Shown: piece after piece, positions 34,037 through 45,620 of the stretch
How the letters are laid out: each line of letters starts with the position of its first letter
Position numbering within the stretch: the stretch's first letter is position 1
Assembly (NCBI GenBank): GCA_010093745.1
Contig: MU005957.1
Coordinates: 310,001-374,000 of the forward strand
Direction of reading: 5' to 3'
DNA from: Piedraia hortae CBS 480.64
Lineage: Eukaryota
DNA length: 64,000 nt
Notes under the pieces: model-generated
Database searches by the model: none
The model's input: only the letters and a program-made list of their open reading frames with translations
Told to the model about the DNA's origin: nothing
Made by a program: the position numbers and the translations under genes

Positions 34037-36293
34037 TTAACCGCTATAAGCCTTTTCAATCTCCTTTTTGTACTTTTCCAACAGGCCTTTCCGGTTCAAT
34101 TTCTGCGCCGAAGTTACAAGCCCCTTAGTGTGTCAGTATCATGGCTACGGATTAAAATGAGATGCTTACGTTCTGAGGTGTCCATTCTTCATCAGACAAC
34201 ACGACTCCTTGGATGAGCTCGATTCCTGACAATCCACCTTTACGACCTGTGGCCTGCATTGCTTCCAGCATGGCCGCATTGACTTTCTTGTTGCTGCACA
34301 GTTCATCCAAGCCTCCACTGACCCCATGTTCAGAGGCAATCTTCTTCAATTCGCGTTCCACTGGAACAACAATTGCAACTGGCTTATTCTTGTCTTGCGC
34401 AGCATGAACACAGATATTGCCGACTGCAGGGCAAGAACGGTAGACAGACTCCAGCTTCTCCAAAGCGATATACTCACCGTTTAGGGTTTTAACCAAGTTC
34501 TTCTTCCGGTCGATGATGTTCAAGTTACCAAGAGTGTCAAACTCACCAATGTCGCCCGTCTTGAACCAGCCATCATCGGTGAACGATTCCTTGGTCTCCT
34601 CTTCCAGATCAAGGTACCCCTTGGTGACAGCTGGTCCGCGAATCCAAATTTCACCCTGAGGAGGCGTGTTGGTTGAAAAGTAGCCAGCGTCAGCAAAATC
34701 GACCAACTTGATCTCGACAGAGCTGGGAACCTCGCCAAGTGCTGAGTCGGTCCATGCAAGAGGATCCATCAGTGCACCCATTGCAGATGTCTCGGTCAGA
34801 CCATAGCCACTAATCATAGGAGCGATGACCATGGAGATGAACCGCTGCGTGTCCTTGGCAATTGGCCCTCCGCCATTCATGCACACCCTAAGGCGACCAC
34901 CGGTGGCTTCCTGAACCTTCTTGAAAACCACAGAATCGACAATGCTGGCGCCTACACCCGAAAGAGGCAGATAGTTGGAGTTTGACATCATAAAGCTCTT
35001 GGTGTGCAGAGCTCCCCAGAACATATTTCGCACAATGGGGTTCATCTGCTGCACTTTGCTCACGACACCCTTTTTGACCGTTTCCCATACAGCAGGTACA
35101 CCAACCAGGATGGTTGGCTTAAACTCGGCGATATCCCCACGGCAATTTCTCATACTGGCGTCCGAAATGGTTTTCGCATTACCATATCCCATGGTTCCTC
35201 CCCAGTACAGACATGCTCCCTCAAAGACGAACTCGAGGATGTGAGCCAAGGGAAGGTAGGTCAAGAGTCCATCACCGGGTCCAAGGTCCGGGCCGACAAT
35301 GGTGTCAACACCGGCAATGGCGGCAAGAACATTTTGGTGCGTAAGCAATACGCCCTTGGGAGGTCCAGTGGAGCCCGACGTGTACATGATGCAACACAAA
35401 TCCTCGGGCCGAGGTGGTGACGGATCTATAGGATGGCTTTCCCCGCGCTTCACAAGCTCTCCGAAGCCCATGACAGTCAGATGAGGATGAACCGCAGTCA
35501 GCTTCTGGATATCGGCTTTGAGCGTGTTTGGGTCTGTTTTGGAGGTTGCTCCATCGTCATCATTGTACACGACAAATTTGATGTCCTTGGCCTCGTTCAT
35601 CGGATTGATGAGCTTTGTCAAAAGGTGGGGATCCAGGAAGATAGCTTTAGCATTAGTCTGCATCAACGAATGCTTGAGACCCGTCTCGCCCAGCGTATCA
35701 TATGCAGTGACAATGGGCATGTTCTGACTGTGCGCGCCATGAGCGAATGCCAGCCAGTAGGGATGAGTGGCAGCAAAAATGTGCACGCGATCCTGGTGCT
35801 GCATGCCTAGCGACCGTAGGCCGGCGCCCACTTTGAGTACTAGTTGCTCGTACTCGACAAAGGATATATACTCGTAGGGGCCGAGTTCAAAATATGTCCA
35901 TTTCTTGGGAACCTCTTGTTCCTTCCCATCCACAATCTTCTTGATTTTCTTCTCCTCTTGGTGTAGACGTATCAGCTTCCTCTTGCCGAGAGCCTTTGCG
36001 TTGCCGAAGCGCTTGCTGGAATGCTTGATGATATCGAAAGTAGTCAGAACCTCCGGATCAGGTGATGCCAGCAGACTGTCTTTGGTACGTGCATTGCGGC
36101 GAGGAATCGTCTCGCCGTCCACCTTCTGGCAGCCGGGAACCTCCACCGTGTAGGGAGGGCGCTTGTAGACCTTGGGCTGCGGCGCTATGGATCGCAAGTC
36201 TACATGTTCTACATCTACCAGATCATGCGTCTGGTTGGAAAGAGCAAAGGGCAACATACCAGCAGTCTCCAGAGCGCCGTCAAATACAGACAT
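34037..36293 (-). CDS. FAA1: Long-chain fatty acyl-CoA synthetase; complement(join(34037..34123,34170..36293)), possible further short in-frame intron near the 5' end
   Basis: IMYTSGSTGPPKG, YLPLAHILE, GYGLTET and GWFKTGDIG. The last exon GLVTSAQKLNRK follows a 46-nt GTAAGC..AAG intron. Confidence 0.95.
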
Positions 36294-36457
36294 GTGTCGG
36301 GAGGACAGATGTGGGGGACGTTGAAGACCTCAGCCATTCGTGACGTCATTAACTAACTCATATCAACACGCGTGATTTGTTCACATGTGGTCAGTAAAGC
36401 ATTTACATCTTCACATCCAGTTCCGACAGACGTTGGATAGAATAAAACAGTATAAGG

Positions 36458-37984
36458 TCATAGTTTAAAACCCGGCCTGAACCTGTCATCATCGCATGTG
36501 ACAGAAAAATTGTCCTCGTCAATATCTATGTCGCCCAATCCAGAATCCATACGACGACGGCTTTTGCGAATTTCATCGTCAGCAACGTCGACTGCAGCGT
36601 CGTCCTGACGGGATTCGCTCGTCGATTTGGCATTGTGCTGAAAGGACTGTAGAAGCGTGCTGGCAGTGGCCCGTTCCTGTGGCCTATTTCGCAAACACGT
36701 ATCCACTATGTCACAATAGAACTCTGGCGCATCAGTAGTGGACAGTGGTGTCAGGTCATCTTCTCGCTCTGGCTCGGAACAAATTTTTGCAATGGCCCAC
36801 AATACCATGCCTAGCTGGTAGAGATCCGTCTTGGTGCTGATGCACATGCCAATCCGCTGGCCGCTCTTGATGAGCGGCTTCAGCTCTGGCGGCTCCCACC
36901 CAATTGGACAGCCTCGACGATTGATGTCAATTATGAGTGCGTCATCGTTCTCATCAATGACAATGTTGGACAGAGTGAAATCGCCTTGGACATAACCCGC
37001 TTCGTGGATACTTGAGAGGGCTTGCACAATCTGCTGTGCCCACTTTACTCGCCTGTCCCAGGACAGCTCGTCGAGTCCAGTAGCCCTCTCTAGAATGAGT
37101 CCCAATGTACCTTTGGAAGCGTAAGAGACCAACAGACCCTTTACCAAGGGACCCTGGTCCTGGTTTTCTTCCTCGCCAGGCGGGTCATCTACCACCAATC
37201 CTTGGAGCTGTACCACGCTCGGGCAACCCTGCAGATTGTTCAGCGCATTGACTTCGTACATGAATTCGTCCAAAGCGTAAGGGCCGGGGATCTCCTTCTT
37301 AATGAGCGCAAGGCCGTCGACCTTCACTTTGTAAACATACCCGGATAAGTGAGAATCGAACTGAAGCTCATTTTCACGGTAATGGAGCGTCTGAATATGC
37401 ATAAAGAGCGAGAGCGTAGGATACTCCACAATCTCATTTGCATCCTCTTCGACATGGATGCACATTCGCTCACCCTCATCATATTCCACTCTCAAGTTGG
37501 TAACAGTGTTGTAGAATGGAATTTTATGCAGGCTCTCACGGAGGGCTTCATATATCTTGCACGCCTTTTCTTCTTGGGAAATTAGGCAGTCTAAACCCCC
37601 CAGCTCTGATGATTTGGGAATGTTTCCATAGTCGACTGAAACAGTGACACGGTACCACTTGGATGAGGGATCAGCGTAAGTTACGAAGAATTTCTCGCGC
37701 TGGGACCTGTCCCGGAATTGCATGCTCAAGTTAAGGATCCAGAGACCGTCAATGTTGCTTTGGACGTCACGCATAGTCTCATCCGGTGGGAAGTCGTAAA
37801 TAGAGGCTGAATCATGCAATCCGCCAGACAGCCATGCTGCGAAATCGTCATGGTTATCGCCAAAATCGTGTGAATCGGGCATGGGATAGCTTTCGCCATT
37901 AAGCGCGTCTGGTGAGGTCTGGCAACTGCTCTCTTGCAGGAGAGTGCTTGCTTTTGACCAGGTCGGATCGGTAATGTATGGCAT
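36458..37984 (-). CDS. Fungal protein-kinase-like protein with divergent catalytic motifs
   Basis: HLSGYVYKV, IKKEIPG, YEVNAL, HEAGYVQGDFTLSN, IIDIN, GWEPPE and KTDLYQLGMVLW. Conserved N-terminal LSMQFRDRSQREKFFVTY. Confidence 0.85.
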   Translation of the reverse strand: MPYITDPTWSKASTLLQESSCQTSPDALNGESYPMPDSHDFGDNHDDFAAWLSGGLHDSASIYDFPPDETMRDVQSNIDGLWILNLSMQFRDRSQREKFFVTYADPSSKWYRVTVSVDYGNIPKSSELGGLDCLISQEEKACKIYEALRESLHKIPFYNTVTNLRVEYDEGERMCIHVEEDANEIVEYPTLSLFMHIQTLHYRENELQFDSHLSGYVYKVKVDGLALIKKEIPGPYALDEFMYEVNALNNLQGCPSVVQLQGLVVDDPPGEEENQDQGPLVKGLLVSYASKGTLGLILERATGLDELSWDRRVKWAQQIVQALSSIHEAGYVQGDFTLSNIVIDENDDALIIDINRRGCPIGWEPPELKPLIKSGQRIGMCISTKTDLYQLGMVLWAIAKICSEPEREDDLTPLSTTDAPEFYCDIVDTCLRNRPQERATASTLLQSFQHNAKSTSESRQDDAAVDVADDEIRKSRRRMDSGLGDIDIDEDNFSVTCDDDRFRPGFKL

Positions 37985-38411
37985 CTTGCTGCCTCAGTGT
38001 TCAAATGGTCACGCGCGCAGATGCTGAGAATAATTTGAAGGTAATCATCTTACACGAGTTACTCGAGCAAGAGCATGAGGCGACATGGGAACCGCTGTTA
38101 TTTAGATTTTACAAGGCAGTGAGGAGAAAATGGCGTAACTATACAGCTGCCAAATTAGAGCCGAGCACAGCCCCAAAGGACGCGCAGGAATGGGTGATGA
38201 GGTGCCACCAACGTGCACCCGAGAGCCTGCTTGCCGCTGAGCAATTTCCATTCTTGGCCATGCGAATTTAGCCAGTCTGCTTTCGCCCACAAACTGTAGA
38301 TCCGGTGCCGGCCAAAAAGCAATTCGCCAATGAGAGCTCGTATCTGTACAGGGTGGCCCGGTCCCTATGCACGTTTCTTTTTCTTCGCTATGATAAGGGC
38401 TCATGGTCGCC

Positions 38412-39620
38412 TTAAAAAAGCGCCAGGCTCTCGCGCAAGGCGATATACTCGCTATCTGCATACCCCAGGATATCAGATATTTGACCGCTTTTCACGCCTT
38501 TGATCCGTTTGATCTCTGTCGCAGAGTAATTGACCAGTGCGCGACCTACCTCATGGGCACCATTCAAGCCAACTGTTCCATTGGGTATGACAGACAGGCG
38601 CACACACTCTTGTTGCCCGAAAATGCCCTCAACATCGACCACACCCACCGGGAGCAGACCGGCTTTAGCAGCAATTGCGGCGTGGGCTCCGGCATCAATA
38701 TAAACGGTGCCGTGCGGCGCCAGTCCATGTAAGAGCCAGAAATACCGGTCTCTGATTGGGTTTGGGTGTGGCAGAAATCGAGTGTGAAGCGGTGGAGCCT
38801 GTACTGGAAGCACCCCAGCCTTTTGCTGTTCCACGTGATGCACAATCGCTGCAATGCTGCCCGGTCTGCTGCTACGTGCGATGATGGTGGTGACACCCGC
38901 GGCCGTGGCAAGACGAGCCGCCACAATCTTCGTTTCCATGCCTCCTGTCCCGAGGTTGCTCCCCGCAGAGCTCGTGTCAGCTTCCAGCTTGGAAATGTCG
39001 TTTACAACCTCAATGGCTCTGGCGTCTGCGTGTGTTCGAGGGTTCTTATCGTACAGACAATCCACGTCAGTCATTAGGAACAAATAGTCAGCCTGAACCA
39101 TGCCTGCAGTAATGGCCGAGAGCGTATCGTTGTCTCCAAACTTGATCTCCTGTACACTGAGCGTATCGTTTTCATTTACAATTGGGATTACTCCAAAGCT
39201 CAACAACTCCCCAAAGGTATTTTGTGCGTTGAGGTACTGCGTTCGGTCCGCAATGTCATTGCGAGTCAGTAAGATCTGTGCTACAGGCTGGCGCACATGA
39301 GCGAACAGCTGGTCGTACATGGCCATGAGCTTGCACTGGCCGATGGCTGCCAACGCCTGCACCTGGGGAAGGTGTTTGGGACGACGGTCTAGGTCCATCT
39401 GTCTGAGAGCCATTCCAATGGCTCCGGACGAACAGATGACAACATGATGGCCGTCTCGCCGAAGCGCGACTGCCGTCTCCACGATTGAGCTCAATATGGA
39501 GAGGCGCGGTTCGTGCGTGCCCTCGTCCACGATAGACGAGGTCCCTGATCATTAGCAACCGCACAACCTTGGACAGCCCGTCTTACCGAGTTTGATGACT
39601 ATAGTGGTGTGTTTCTTCAT
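38412..39620 (-). CDS. PRO1: Glutamate 5-kinase with PUA domain; complement(join(38412..39544,39587..39620))
   Basis: IVIKLGTSSI (across a 42-nt intron), SSGAIG, PIVNENDT, KFGDNDTLSA, GTGGMETK and GLLPVGV. Confidence 0.95.
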
Positions 39621-39690
39621 CTCGCTGTAGCTACCCAAGGCGAAGATAAATTCCACTGGTGCGCGCTGTGGGGACGCGGCACGTTTGACA

Positions 39691-40476
39691 ATGGCACAAG
39701 ACGTGCGTACTTACTCGGCCAATGGAACCTGGCGCGTGAGCACGCGCAAGCGACCTATTCTCAAGGCCCAGCCCATTGAGGAGCTTTCCAAGGAAATTGG
39801 CATTCCAATTCCTGAAATGATTTTTGGGGACAACTATATAGAAATTGTGCATAAGCCCACGGGATGGAAGCTGGAGTTCAATGCCCGCGATGCGCTGGAC
39901 CGAGTCTCCAAGACCGACAAAGGCATGCTGCAAGTGGCCGTGGCGGAGGAGTGGAAGAAAGAGCGTAGCCACAAAGACGAGGTTCGCACTGTGGTTAAGC
40001 CATTTGACTGGAGTTACAGCACAGACTACAAAGGTACCACGATCAGCGGACAGGCAAAAGGCTCTTGGATGCCGTCTAATCAAACGGAGCATCCCATTCG
40101 CATCGATTTACTTTCAAGGCCCGATCCTATCTTGTTCTTCGACACAGTCGATCTCTACGAAGATGAGCTTGCTGACAACGGCATCGCACTCTTTTCTATC
40201 AAAGTACGAGTCATGCCGGAACGTCTCTTGCTCCTTAGTCGCTTCTTTCTTCGCCTGGACGGTGTGGTGGTTCGCATTCGCGACACGCGAGTCTACATAG
40301 AGCTCGGAAGCAAGACAGTCGTGCGGGAATACACGGCTAAAGAAGAAAAGTACAAAGCTTTGAGAGACAAGCTGGGCGGATCCACGGATAATGTCACATC
40401 GATACTGAGGGACGGGAATCGCCTGGCCCCCCTCTTGCCCACAGTGGAGCAGACGACCGATGTGTGGGAGTTTTAA
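39691..40476 (+). CDS. TIP41: TIP41-like PP2A regulator
   Basis: PEMIFGDN, KPFDWSYSTDYKGT, LYEDELADNG and RFFLRLDGVVVRIRDTRVY. Confidence 0.95.
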   Translation: MAQDVRTYSANGTWRVSTRKRPILKAQPIEELSKEIGIPIPEMIFGDNYIEIVHKPTGWKLEFNARDALDRVSKTDKGMLQVAVAEEWKKERSHKDEVRTVVKPFDWSYSTDYKGTTISGQAKGSWMPSNQTEHPIRIDLLSRPDPILFFDTVDLYEDELADNGIALFSIKVRVMPERLLLLSRFFLRLDGVVVRIRDTRVYIELGSKTVVREYTAKEEKYKALRDKLGGSTDNVTSILRDGNRLAPLLPTVEQTTDVWEF

Positions 40477-42029
40477 AGGTTTAGAGCAATGCAAGCTCGA
40501 TGAAAGCCATTGAGCAGAATGCATCCAGGTCTGCAGCAACTTTCCACCAAAGCTGCACCAGTTATGTTCGCGCAGTTTCCACTCGGGAAGACTGGCCCCG
40601 CGTTCCCTGCAGTTCCTAGAACTGCGGTAATCTGCAGCACAGAAGATCGTACCTCGTGATGAAACAATGTTAAGACAGTCCATAGGGAGACGCCGTGTGC
40701 ATCCCACGCCTCGAGTTACAACGATCATTCCGGCTTTTTCATTCTTTTGTGTGCCTACTTTTCATTGTCAACTTTTTGTAATGATGAATAACTGCACGCA
40801 AAGGGTCGATTGAAGGATTGATAAAGGTACTAAAAGACAGGTCGTTTGAAATTCATCACCTGCGGATAAAGTACAGTCGAGCGTGAAGATGATGAAGTGG
40901 GTGTGTTATGTGGCAAATCAGCCAGCAGCAAAGGCTCATCCTGCCTGCTATCTAAACCCAACATTCGCCCACACCTCATGATTAGACTGCTCGCAGTCAC
41001 ATAATAGCCAAAGCTCATCCATAACCATCCCCTGCCTCACCCATTTTATCGAGACGCCGGTCGCTTCGTCGACCAATTTGACAAGATTGTATGTCTTCAA
41101 GGATAGACTGTCTCCAGCCGGGGATTGTCTCATGCAAAATATCCACCTGGCCCACACTCTGGGGGTTGTGCGGAAACCAGGCAGAAAATCTCGCCAAGTT
41201 AAGTAATGGTATTACCTGACTTGTGTCCGCCTATCTGTGTACAAGCTTACCTTGACCCTCGTCGCCCCACTATGCGCCAAGCACAACCACGGTGTGGCCG
41301 ATGGCTGATGAGGCAGGGTAATGTCCAGAGAGCAAGTGTCAACTTAAATGCGAAGATCTCAATGTGTGAGTGCGAAATGTACCGGGCGTCAAAGAGAAAA
41401 ACTAGTAGAGCAAATCAATCGTTTCTTGGCATTCAAATTAAACATCCTTGACCCCTGACAGGAGATACTCCCTTACCTTATTTATGTCACTTTACCCACC
41501 CCCTTTTGTACCGGCGATCATCATGGCAGATACTGAGTTCAGCTAATCACCATGTCGGTGTCAAGCCGGACATGCTCACAAGTTGATAGCAGCAAACCAA
41601 TCACTGGAAATGCTGGTCCGACGGGAGGGTCAACCAGCTGGAAGGCCTCATGTCAATGGCGATGTCATGACAGCGGTCAGCGGCGGCAAGGGCCGGGCCG
41701 GTCGATCTCCCGGACTTCCCTGCTGCACATCTTGCAGTTACCGGCCATGTCATTCGTCGAGTTGTATAGACCGGCACCCAGCACTGCCTTGATCAAGAGA
41801 CGGTTTTTTCTAGAAACTGTCGGTGCTGCATGTCATGACAACCCGTATGGCGCCAGTTGAAATAGTCGACAACTCTCAAGTTTCACGGACTCTGCAGAAG
41901 TTGCATCTCGGCTAAGGCCATCCAAGACGGCTAATGCAAACGGTCTTGGCACAGAGGTAACGCCGTGACGCCATCCAATCGTCGATCAAGGTGCTGTAAT
42001 CAGAGACTCTTTTTGCCAACGACTTGGCC

Positions 42030-43306
42030 ATGGAAACAACCTTTATTTCAATCCACGACCTGACGGAAGAGGCGCGAATTCTGTATTCGTCAGATTCGGT
42101 TGTCGACATTCTCGGCTACACACCCGAGGAGATTGTGAACCGGTCGGCATGGGACTTCTTTCCCAGCAGCGACCTGGCCAATGCTCGTCATGTATATCAG
42201 CATCGTGTTGCCACTGACAAGGCTGCCGTGCTGGTATATTGCAACATCAGGAACAAGCAGGACCAATGGGTCGGCTGCGAGGTTGTTTTCACGATCGTGT
42301 ACGATGTAATGATCGTCTGCACCAGCACCTATACCCAGGGCGAAGCCAGTCAAAGTAGGTGAGATCGGGGAAGTGGAAGCGAAGGCTGATCGCTGCAGGA
42401 CGTGCCATCGATGCACCCATTATTCGCCGCATGTTCTCGTCGTCTCCCAACGATCCGCGCTACCATATGCTCTCCCATTTATCCCCAAAATTCCAGCAGG
42501 ATAGTGCGCCAGAGCTCCACGAGCCGCGTGCAGCCCTGTTCCTCAACCGCTTCACGCGAACATTAACCATCATGTATGCCACTACAGGCATACAGGAAGT
42601 GCTCGGCATCCCTGCTGCAGATGTGCGCGGGCGAAGCTTTTACTTTTGCATTGCAGAGAATTGCCTCGCCGATGCCGTCAGATGCTTGGAGACTGCCAAA
42701 GCAAATTGCTCGATTGCATATCTGCGGTGCTGGTTCCGCGACCCACGCATCGACGATTATTCACCGTCGGTCAGCCAAACCCACATGAGCGATCCTCCCC
42801 TGGAGATCGAAGCAGTTGTTTCCTGTTCCTCGGACGGGCTAGTTGTCTGCCTCCGTAGAGCAAGGCCCATGCTCCCGTCTGTGGCCGGACGGGGCGTTTT
42901 CGCGGCGCCCTGGGCCGAGCAGCCGATTTTGCCGCCATTTGAACACCGCCAAGGGTTTGAAAATACCCGGTTTGCCCCCTCTTTGGGCCCAAGAAGCGCA
43001 CAAACCCCTCAACAGCCGTCATTGCAGCATCAGCAAGACTTTTTAAACGCCATCCGCCAACAGGCAGTTTTTGCGTGGGCGATCACGGGAACAAATGGAA
43101 GTATGGCTTCGTATGCTAGAAGTAAGCCCTTGGGAGGCGCCGTGCCGCCGAGTGGCATCTCTGTTTGGGAGAACGAGGCCAAGGCTGGCGGTATTGGCGC
43201 CCAAGTCGATGGTAGTAATGATCGAAAGTCGGGTGATAACGGAAGACTTACACCGCAGTTCTTTGGGGACCCAGGCGTCGGGCACGGCTCAGGCAGGTCT
43301 TTATGA
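42030..43306 (+). CDS. Conserved fungal tandem PAS-domain protein; join(42030..42354,42399..43306)
   Basis: PAS-like segments ILYSSDSVVDILGYTPEEIVNRSAWDFF and TIMYATTGIQEVLGIPAADVRGRSFYFCI. 44-nt GTAGGT..GCTGAT..CAG intron in phase. Confidence 0.85.
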
Positions 43307-43601
43307 CTTTCATGCTTGTAATACCGCTCAACATAGATTTCAGCGGGCAACAATTGAAACGTGCAGAAGTTTCCTCGTCAGTGTAACTCAGCCGGGCTGT
43401 ATTGACGATGCAATCCAGTGGATCTTGATCATGGGACAAGAAACCTGATGGGCATCACTTCTCAGCCTAGCGACCGCTCCACAAACGCACAGCATCTGCA
43501 TGCACGTGGCGTTGCACAACAATCAAGATGGAAAGCCAAGCAAGCAATGTTTCAAGCATAAAACTTGCCGGGCTGGCCCTCCATGTATTTCAAGATTCGA
43601 G

Positions 43602-45200
43602 ATGAACCTGCAAATGCCATGGGAGGGCATGGGCGACATGTACACCGAAGGCTATGCGTTTATGTTCGCATTTGCTGAATCGCTCGGCATCAAGGTGCCT
43701 CAGCTCATCATCATCCCGAGCATCATTCTGGCAGTCAGTCGTCTGTTCAACAGCATCTGGTGGTATATCGAGCTTACCTTGAGGCGGCTTTTCATGACGC
43801 GAATCACCATTGATGCAACAGACCGCTATTTTTACGTGGTTTCCGAGTGGATGGTCTCGCATCCTGAATTGACATGGCACCAACGAAGGTATCGAGTCAG
43901 ACACAACAGCGGCTGGATCCCAATAGAGTATCGAAGCCTCTCAGACAGCGACAGCAGCGACGATGACGACGAAAACTACAACGACAAGAAGAACTCTCCC
44001 CGCCCTCCCATCCTCGAGCCCGACCGTGGAAGCCAATGGATCTGGCACAACGGACGCCGGATCTTCTTCGACCGTATGCAACGCGAACATCCGCAGACAC
44101 ACACAGGCCACTACGGCCGTCAAGGCGACGGGGACCAAGACATCATCATCCTCAGCAGCTGGGGCTGGGGACTTGACCGTCTACGAGACTTCCTCACCGA
44201 AGCCGATGCCTTCTCTACGCGCAAATCTCGCGGCCGCACAGCAATCCACTACCCCAGCCCACGACACAAGCTCAAGCACGGCGGTCCCGTTTGGCGCCGA
44301 TGTAGCGTGCGTGATTCCCGACCTCTGGAAACCGTCATCCTCGACACCGCCCAAAAGGAACTCATCCGAGAAGACATGCGAAGCTACCTCCAATCCAAAA
44401 CCGCAAAATGGTATGCAGAGCGCGGTATCCCCTACCGAAGGGGTTACCTCTTCCACGGCCCGCCCGGAACAGGTAAAACTAGTCTCTCATACGCCCTCGC
44501 CGGCGTCTTCCACCTGGGAATCTACGTAATCAACCTCCAAGAAGCAACCCTAACGGAAGAAAGGCTCATAAACCTCTTCAGCGAATTGCCAAAACACTGC
44601 ATCGTCCTCCTCGAGGACGTAGACGCCGCAGGCCTAGAAGTTCGTCGCGAAGCGACCCTCTCTCCAACCCACCCACAACCACAACATCTTCAACAAACCA
44701 CCCCCCCCCTTTCAATCTACGACTCAGATAGTCCACCTCCCCACCCCATGACCGCAGGCCGCAGCCACGTCTCTCTCTCCGGACTCCTAAACGCAATCGA
44801 CGGCGTAGCCTCCCACGAAGGCCGCGTCCTAATAATGACAACAAACTACCCCGACCGTCTCGACACAGCCTTAACCCGTCCCGGCCGCGTCGACCTAACC
44901 ATAAAATTCACCCACGCCAACCATGACCAAATCAAAAACCTCTTCATAGGGATGTATACTCACCCCCTTCCCAAACTCTCAACAGCAGCGAAAGATACCT
45001 CCCCGGGGGGTGTGGATGATGTGGATGTGAGCGTCCTAGCGGAAAATTTCGCAGATATAATCCCCGAAGAGAGCTTCACCCCCGCAGAGATTCAGTCGCT
45101 GTTGATGATGTATAAAGGTGAACCTGTCAAGGCTGTTGAAGTCGCACCGGGGTGGGTTGAATCAAAGAAAAAAGGGGGTAATAAGAATAAGAAACGTTGA
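43602..45200 (+). CDS. BCS1-like AAA ATPase
   Basis: N-terminal TM and BCS1_N-like region, RPLETVILD, WYAERGIPYRRGYLFHGPPGTGKTS, LLEDVD, SLSGLLNAIDG and ALTRPGRVD. Start codon uncertain. Confidence 0.9.
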   Translation: MNLQMPWEGMGDMYTEGYAFMFAFAESLGIKVPQLIIIPSIILAVSRLFNSIWWYIELTLRRLFMTRITIDATDRYFYVVSEWMVSHPELTWHQRRYRVRHNSGWIPIEYRSLSDSDSSDDDDENYNDKKNSPRPPILEPDRGSQWIWHNGRRIFFDRMQREHPQTHTGHYGRQGDGDQDIIILSSWGWGLDRLRDFLTEADAFSTRKSRGRTAIHYPSPRHKLKHGGPVWRRCSVRDSRPLETVILDTAQKELIREDMRSYLQSKTAKWYAERGIPYRRGYLFHGPPGTGKTSLSYALAGVFHLGIYVINLQEATLTEERLINLFSELPKHCIVLLEDVDAAGLEVRREATLSPTHPQPQHLQQTTPPLSIYDSDSPPPHPMTAGRSHVSLSGLLNAIDGVASHEGRVLIMTTNYPDRLDTALTRPGRVDLTIKFTHANHDQIKNLFIGMYTHPLPKLSTAAKDTSPGGVDDVDVSVLAENFADIIPEESFTPAEIQSLLMMYKGEPVKAVEVAPGWVESKKKGGNKNKKR

Positions 45201-45362
45201 GGGATATGTGGATTGGTTAGATTGTGAATTAGGTGGCGTATTTGTTTCTTTGGATGGTCTGTTCTGTGAGACTTGGTGGGTTGTTTTTTGGGTTTGGTCA
45301 AGTAGAAAAAAGATATCGTCAAGGGATGTGTGTTAGTGATGCTGAGGAAAAAAAAATATTTG

Positions 45363-45474
45363 GGGTCCAACCGGGATTTGAACCCGGGGCCTGTCACATT
45401 CTCTGATCAGGTTGGAACCAGACCTGGAAAGCAGATTTCCCGAAGCGACAATCATACCACTAGACCATTGGACC
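45363..45474 (-). tRNA. tRNA-Pro(CGG) with 40-nt intron (45399..45438)
   Basis: Acceptor stem GGTCCAA/TTGGACC, A box TGGTCTAGTGG, anticodon arm GTCGC-TT-CGG-G^T-GTGAC, T arm CCGGG-TTCAAAT-CCCGG, and a downstream T-run terminator. Confidence 0.95.
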
Positions 45475-45620
45475 CTGTTATAACGTTATAAGCAGGAGGT
45501 TAAAATTTATACAAAGTGCATAGATGTTGCCTTTTTAGAAAACATCTTTCATGATGGCTAGTCTGCACACTCATTAGAGTGATAACGGTGTTATGCACAG
45601 GAGTACAGGTACAATTACAT

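Noticed and set aside
40830..41220. Coding-like fragments on the minus strand between TIP41 and the PAS gene
   Set aside because: Short, stop-interrupted and without a recognisable domain.
45522..45547. Hairpin with loop GCCTTTTTAGAA resembling U5 snRNA loop 1
   Set aside because: The loop differs from the invariant GCCUUUUAC, and no extended U5 stem or Sm site follows.
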